Source: a virus (taxonomy: Duplodnaviria; Caudoviricetes). Taken from it: 49,794 nt of DNA. Shown one piece after another: positions 46,253-49,794 of the stretch. The stretch is taken from positions 1 to 49,794 of the IMG/VR virus record IMGVR_UViG_3300049200_000031; one strand, 5' to 3'. The stretch's first letter is position 1. Each line of letters opens with the position of its first letter. The notes beneath the pieces were generated by a model. The model was not told where the DNA came from, did no database searches, and saw only the letters and a program-made list of their open reading frames with translations. The translations under genes and the position numbers were made by a program.

Positions 46253-47168
46253 CACGATCGATTTTAGCGCCTACATGGAGGAAACCGAGCAGCATGGCGT
46301 GCGCCCGGCATCCGACTGGCTTGAGGACACGATCAGCGCCTTTTACGCGCCACCGAACTCAACCCCAATTGCCACGATGTTGTGGGATAAAACGCGCGCC
46401 AAGGTCAAGTTCCGGCCGGGCGAAGTCTCGCTGTGGGCTGGTGTGAACGGCCATGGCAAGTCCACCTTCCTTTCGCAAGTGGTGCTGGACCTGAGCTACC
46501 AGGGCGAGCGGGTCATGGTAGCCAGCTTCGAAATGAAGCCGGTCAAGCAGATGCAGCGCATGAGTCGCCAAGCCTGGGCGGGCCGCGAGCCCACCGTCCA
46601 GTTCCTGCGCCAGTTCCACACATGGACGGATGGCCGCTTGTGGATGTACGACCACGTAGGCGCTGTCGAATGGCGCAAGGTCATCGCCGTGATGCGCTAC
46701 GCCATCGATAAATTCGGGATTACCCAGTTCGTGGTCGACAGCCTCATGAAGTGCGTCAAGGGCGAGGACGACTACAACGCGCAGAAGGACTTCGTGGATC
46801 AGCTATGCGCATTCGCCGTCGCCAATAACGTGCATATCCACCTCGTGCACCACATGCGCAAGGGCGAATCAGAGCACAAGACACCTGGAAAGTTCGACAT
46901 CAAGGGCGCCGGCGCCATCACCGACCTGGTCGACAACGTATTCATCGTCTGGCGCAACAAGAAGGCCGAACAGGACAAGGACAGCGGCGATCCAACGGCG
47001 ATGGTTGCGTGCGAAAAGCAGCGCAATGGTGAGTTTGAAGGCAAGTTCGGGTTCTGGTTCGATGTTGATTCAAATCAATACCTTGAGGTGAGCGGCGACA
47101 TACCGGCCAGATACCAAATCACCGGGCAAAGCGGCGCTGTTCGGACGCAAGCGGCCATGTCGGCCTAG
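46236..47168 (+). CDS. DnaB-like (SF4) replicative helicase, no primase domain
   Basis: AGVNGHGKS Walker A, SFEM, VVDSL, IHLVHH, DIKGAGAI, KQRNG. Confidence 0.9.
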   Translation: MQCIPDTIDFSAYMEETEQHGVRPASDWLEDTISAFYAPPNSTPIATMLWDKTRAKVKFRPGEVSLWAGVNGHGKSTFLSQVVLDLSYQGERVMVASFEMKPVKQMQRMSRQAWAGREPTVQFLRQFHTWTDGRLWMYDHVGAVEWRKVIAVMRYAIDKFGITQFVVDSLMKCVKGEDDYNAQKDFVDQLCAFAVANNVHIHLVHHMRKGESEHKTPGKFDIKGAGAITDLVDNVFIVWRNKKAEQDKDSGDPTAMVACEKQRNGEFEGKFGFWFDVDSNQYLEVSGDIPARYQITGQSGAVRTQAAMSA

Positions 47169-47207
47169 TTGGATTTGAGCAAGAAAAAATATTCAGAAAA
47201 AATCAAT

Positions 47208-47804
47208 ATGACGCCATCACCGATCACTCGCACCACCATGCCGCGCGCGGTTCCGACTAAGGAGCCGAAGCGCCGCATGCGCAAATGTGCCGTCAAGACA
47301 TGCCGGGCTGTGTTTGAGCCAAGGTCGATGACGCACAAATGTTGCGGCCCTGAGTGCGCCCTACTCCATGCGCAGGCAGGGCGGGCGAGCAAAGACCGCA
47401 AGGAGCGGCAGGAAGGGCTCGCCAAGCTCAAGCGGCGCGCTGACTGGCTCAAGGATGCACAGACAGCCTTCAACGCGTTTGTGAGGGCGCGTGACGCTTC
47501 CGAGCCATGCATTAGCTGTGGCCGTCATCACAATGGGCAATATCACGCCGGTCACTTTCGCTCAGTCGGTGCGCAGCCTGCCTTGCGCTTCAACGAAAGC
47601 AATGTGCATAAACAATGCGCCCCCTGTAATAACCACTTGTCCGGAAATGTGATCGAGTACCGAATTCGCCTGATTGGCAAGATCGGCGCCGAAGCGGTGG
47701 CGTTTCTGGAAACCGAGCACGCCCCGCGCAAGTGGACCATCGAAGAACTGCAAGCAATCAAAGCGCTGTATCGACAGAAGTTAAAACAACTGAAAGGGGC
47801 ATGA
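47208..47804 (+). CDS. ninG: NinG/Rap endonuclease
   Basis: AQxAFNxFVRxRD, CISCG, HAGHFRS, LRFNExNVHKQCxPCN. Confidence 0.92.
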   Translation: MTPSPITRTTMPRAVPTKEPKRRMRKCAVKTCRAVFEPRSMTHKCCGPECALLHAQAGRASKDRKERQEGLAKLKRRADWLKDAQTAFNAFVRARDASEPCISCGRHHNGQYHAGHFRSVGAQPALRFNESNVHKQCAPCNNHLSGNVIEYRIRLIGKIGAEAVAFLETEHAPRKWTIEELQAIKALYRQKLKQLKGA

Positions 47805-47805
47805 C

Positions 47806-48015
47806 ATGAGCAATCAATCGAGCAGTTCCAGTAGTGGCGGGATCGGCGTCCTTGGCCTTCTAGGCATCGTCTTCGTAACGCTCAAATTGCTGGGTATCAC
47901 CGCAGTAGCGGAATGGTCGTGGTGGTGGGTAACGTTGCCGTTTTGGGGCGGCATTGCCTTATTCCTTGCGATAGCCGTGGTGATCATCGCTGTCATCGTC
48001 ATCAAAAGCAAATAG
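47806..48015 (+). CDS. Small two-TM membrane protein
   Basis: GLLGIVFVTLKL...WSWWWVTLPFW. Confidence 0.8.
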   Translation: MSNQSSSSSSGGIGVLGLLGIVFVTLKLLGITAVAEWSWWWVTLPFWGGIALFLAIAVVIIAVIVIKSK

Positions 48016-48035
48016 CCAGCCATAAAGGAGACAGC

Positions 48036-48158
48036 ATGACAACCGCTCTCGCTTTCATTCTCGGCGCCATCATCGGCATTGGCATCACCCTCTGCCTGGC
48101 TGCGCTGGCCGGCATGCGCGACCCCGACGATCACGATGCGGATCAGGAGTACCTGTGA
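48036..48158 (+). CDS. Small membrane protein (homolog of 7016-7147)
   Basis: Shared TLCLAALAGMRDPDD...EYL. Confidence 0.65.
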   Translation: MTTALAFILGAIIGIGITLCLAALAGMRDPDDHDADQEYL

Positions 48159-48505
48159 TGCTGATCAAGCCTTGGATCGCACCGAAGGACCAGATGTGCA
48201 ACCTCGGCAGGCATCACTGGGCCGTCTCACGCCTGTTCGAACTGGCTCGGACATTGCCGGTCATGGACGTGCCGCTGGACCACCTCAGCCTCTACTACAC
48301 CTACGAGAAGCTGACGCTGCGCGACATGGTCATGCACATGCGCGCTGTCGAAGATGCCGACCTGAGCATGCCGATCATCCTCGACGAAGACGGCGAGCTG
48401 ATGGACGGCCGGCACCGCCTCATGAAGGCCATGCTGCAAGGCGTGACGACCATCAAGGTTGTCCGCTTCGAGCAGAACCCATCACCGTGCCGGGAGGATG
48501 CATGA
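48155..48505 (+). CDS. ParB/Srx-like domain protein
   Basis: DLSMPIIL...MDGRHRLMKA. Confidence 0.75.
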   Translation: MMLIKPWIAPKDQMCNLGRHHWAVSRLFELARTLPVMDVPLDHLSLYYTYEKLTLRDMVMHMRAVEDADLSMPIILDEDGELMDGRHRLMKAMLQGVTTIKVVRFEQNPSPCREDA

Positions 48506-48687
48506 CCGCCCTGCCCCGCCGCATGTACCGCAACCCGGAAGAGCAACTGCTCGAAGCCGAGGCCGAGACCTGCAAGGGCTGCCGCTACCGCACGGTCGAC
48601 CGCGACGGCACCGCGCGCTGCAAGAACCCGCGCCAGGTGCAAGTGCTGGCTGACAGGCGCTGCGACGAGTACGAGGAAAACGCGTGA
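48502..48687 (+). CDS. Small Cys-rich protein (homolog of 7338-7523)
   Basis: Near-identical sequence. Confidence 0.7.
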   Translation: MTALPRRMYRNPEEQLLEAEAETCKGCRYRTVDRDGTARCKNPRQVQVLADRRCDEYEENA

Positions 48688-49121
48688 AGCCAAAAACCCC
48701 CATTTCCGAGAAAGGCATCGTCGCGCGCCTCATCAATTGGGGTCTGTGCTACTTCGGGCGCGGCGGCGGCGCGATGTCGACCAAGGAAACGCGCCGAGTC
48801 TCGCCATACGGTGGGCAGGGCTATGTCTGCATGACCGCCGTGGCGTGCAACAAGATGCGCGAGGCAGCCAACGGCCCCAAGGGTGGGCGCGTGCAGCAGT
48901 CGCGGCTGGACTTCCAAGACGCGGCCAAGATCGAGCGCGCATGGACGCAGATCGGCGTGAGGCATCAGCTGATCCTGCGCGACCTGTACGTGCTTGGCAA
49001 GAGCGTCAACACGATCTGCAGGCAGTTGAACATCCGGCACACGCCAGGCATCCACTGGAACACGGAGCTGGCGATGGCACTGGACGCGATTGAGGACATT
49101 GTGAATGGGGGGAATCGGTAA
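48684..49121 (+). CDS. Late antiterminator Q-like protein, divergent from prophage 1 Q
   Basis: RLINWG, DAAKIE, ICRQLNI; same slot. Confidence 0.7.
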   Translation: MKPKTPISEKGIVARLINWGLCYFGRGGGAMSTKETRRVSPYGGQGYVCMTAVACNKMREAANGPKGGRVQQSRLDFQDAAKIERAWTQIGVRHQLILRDLYVLGKSVNTICRQLNIRHTPGIHWNTELAMALDAIEDIVNGGNR

Positions 49122-49312
49122 TGGGCATCTTTTCGAATATGGCACGCAAGTATCTCGACCAACAGCGCCTGCGAAGCGTCGAGAAGTCGATTGCGTTTGC
49201 CGAGGATGTGCAGACCTTCGCACACCTGTCCACTGACGGCTTGCGCTTGCTCCAGGAGTTGAAGAAGGAGCAGATGGTGCTGCGCAACCGCCTGTACACG
49301 GGCTACATGTAG
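49121..49312 (+). CDS. Hypothetical protein
   Basis: TAATG coupling. Confidence 0.55.
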   Translation: MGIFSNMARKYLDQQRLRSVEKSIAFAEDVQTFAHLSTDGLRLLQELKKEQMVLRNRLYTGYM

Positions 49313-49361
49313 CGCGCAGCCGCCCCGCGATCCGGGCGGCAACCTTGAAGGAGCTTTACCT

Positions 49362-49794
49362 ATGAAAACGATGTTGCATAAACCCTTGGCCAGCTTCATG
49401 CTGGTTGTTGCCATGGTTGCCTTGGCCCTGGCATGGAACAGTCCGGCGCAGGCTGGCCCGCTGACCGTCGTCAACGCAACCGGAACCGCCGTCTACAGCG
49501 CCAGCCCTGCAGTCGTCATGGGCTTCCAGAAAAACACCGACTCGGGCAATCGCACGGCAGTGCTGTACTCGTCCGGCTGGCAATACGTGGCCGACACTGC
49601 AACCTGGTCGAAACACGCTGAATTCGTGACCAAGTGCGGCAGTGCTTGCGTGGCAGTCGATGGCTCGGCGACCGGTCTGCACTACAACCCGACGCTGTCG
49701 AATGGCACCGTTTGCTGGTCTACCGGAACGGTGATCCCATTTCCGGAGCGCGGTGCGGCCGAACAAGTCCTTGGCGACAGTTGCGCATACTGGA
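49362..49794 (+). CDS. Secreted protein (homolog of 8385-8843), truncated by window end
   Basis: Same protein sequence over the visible part. Confidence 0.85.
   Translation, partial: MKTMLHKPLASFMLVVAMVALALAWNSPAQAGPLTVVNATGTAVYSASPAVVMGFQKNTDSGNRTAVLYSSGWQYVADTATWSKHAEFVTKCGSACVAVDGSATGLHYNPTLSNGTVCWSTGTVIPFPERGAAEQVLGDSCAYW

Larger units (their letters stand above)
32760..49794. mobile_element. Prophage 2 (related, apparently heteroimmune), integrase to early right operon; late region beyond window
   Basis: int/xis next to att, left operon, second cI/cro, second replication module; blocks homologous to 421-1410, 2177-2585, 7338-7523 and 8337-8816. Confidence 0.85.

Noticed and set aside
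41395-49794. Terminal redundancy or simple assembly duplication of the window start
   Set aside because: The repeated blocks carry many substitutions and alternate with unrelated modules, so they are two distinct genomes. A chimeric assembly of two variants cannot be excluded without reads.

Overview
The whole window is phage DNA. It reads as two related but mosaic, GC-rich (probably betaproteobacterial) lambdoid/P22-like temperate podophage genomes lying head-to-tail. Prophage 1 (1-~32714, left end outside the window) shows the end of the left early operon (RecT-like), immunity (short non-cleavable CI, Cro, CII-like), DUF1376-type replication, RusA and Q. Its late region is complete: terminases, P22-like portal, scaffold, capsid, adaptor, tail fibre, nozzle, ejection proteins and lysis. 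An attP-like junction at 32715-32759 (3' half of tRNA-Pro, IHF site, arm-type repeats) separates it from prophage 2 (~32760-end). Prophage 2 shows integrase, DUF4224 Xis-like, Ea22-like, NinB, SSB-like, Sak4, a different CI/Cro/CII, a different initiator plus DnaB-like helicase, NinG and a different Q, and is cut off just before its late promoter. The most interesting candidates are: (i) a conserved cassette in which a 74-aa ORF overlaps the CI 3' end antisense and resembles the CI C-terminal domain shared by both repressors (a possible mimic antirepressor able to act on both prophages); (ii) a sialyltransferase/Maf-like enzyme inside the virion operon next to Ser/Thr-rich extra head proteins; (iii) a strongly conserved secreted protein; (iv) a lysis cassette with no recognisable spanin pair but a DUF1353 gene. 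All family calls come from motif recognition by eye, and no searches were run.
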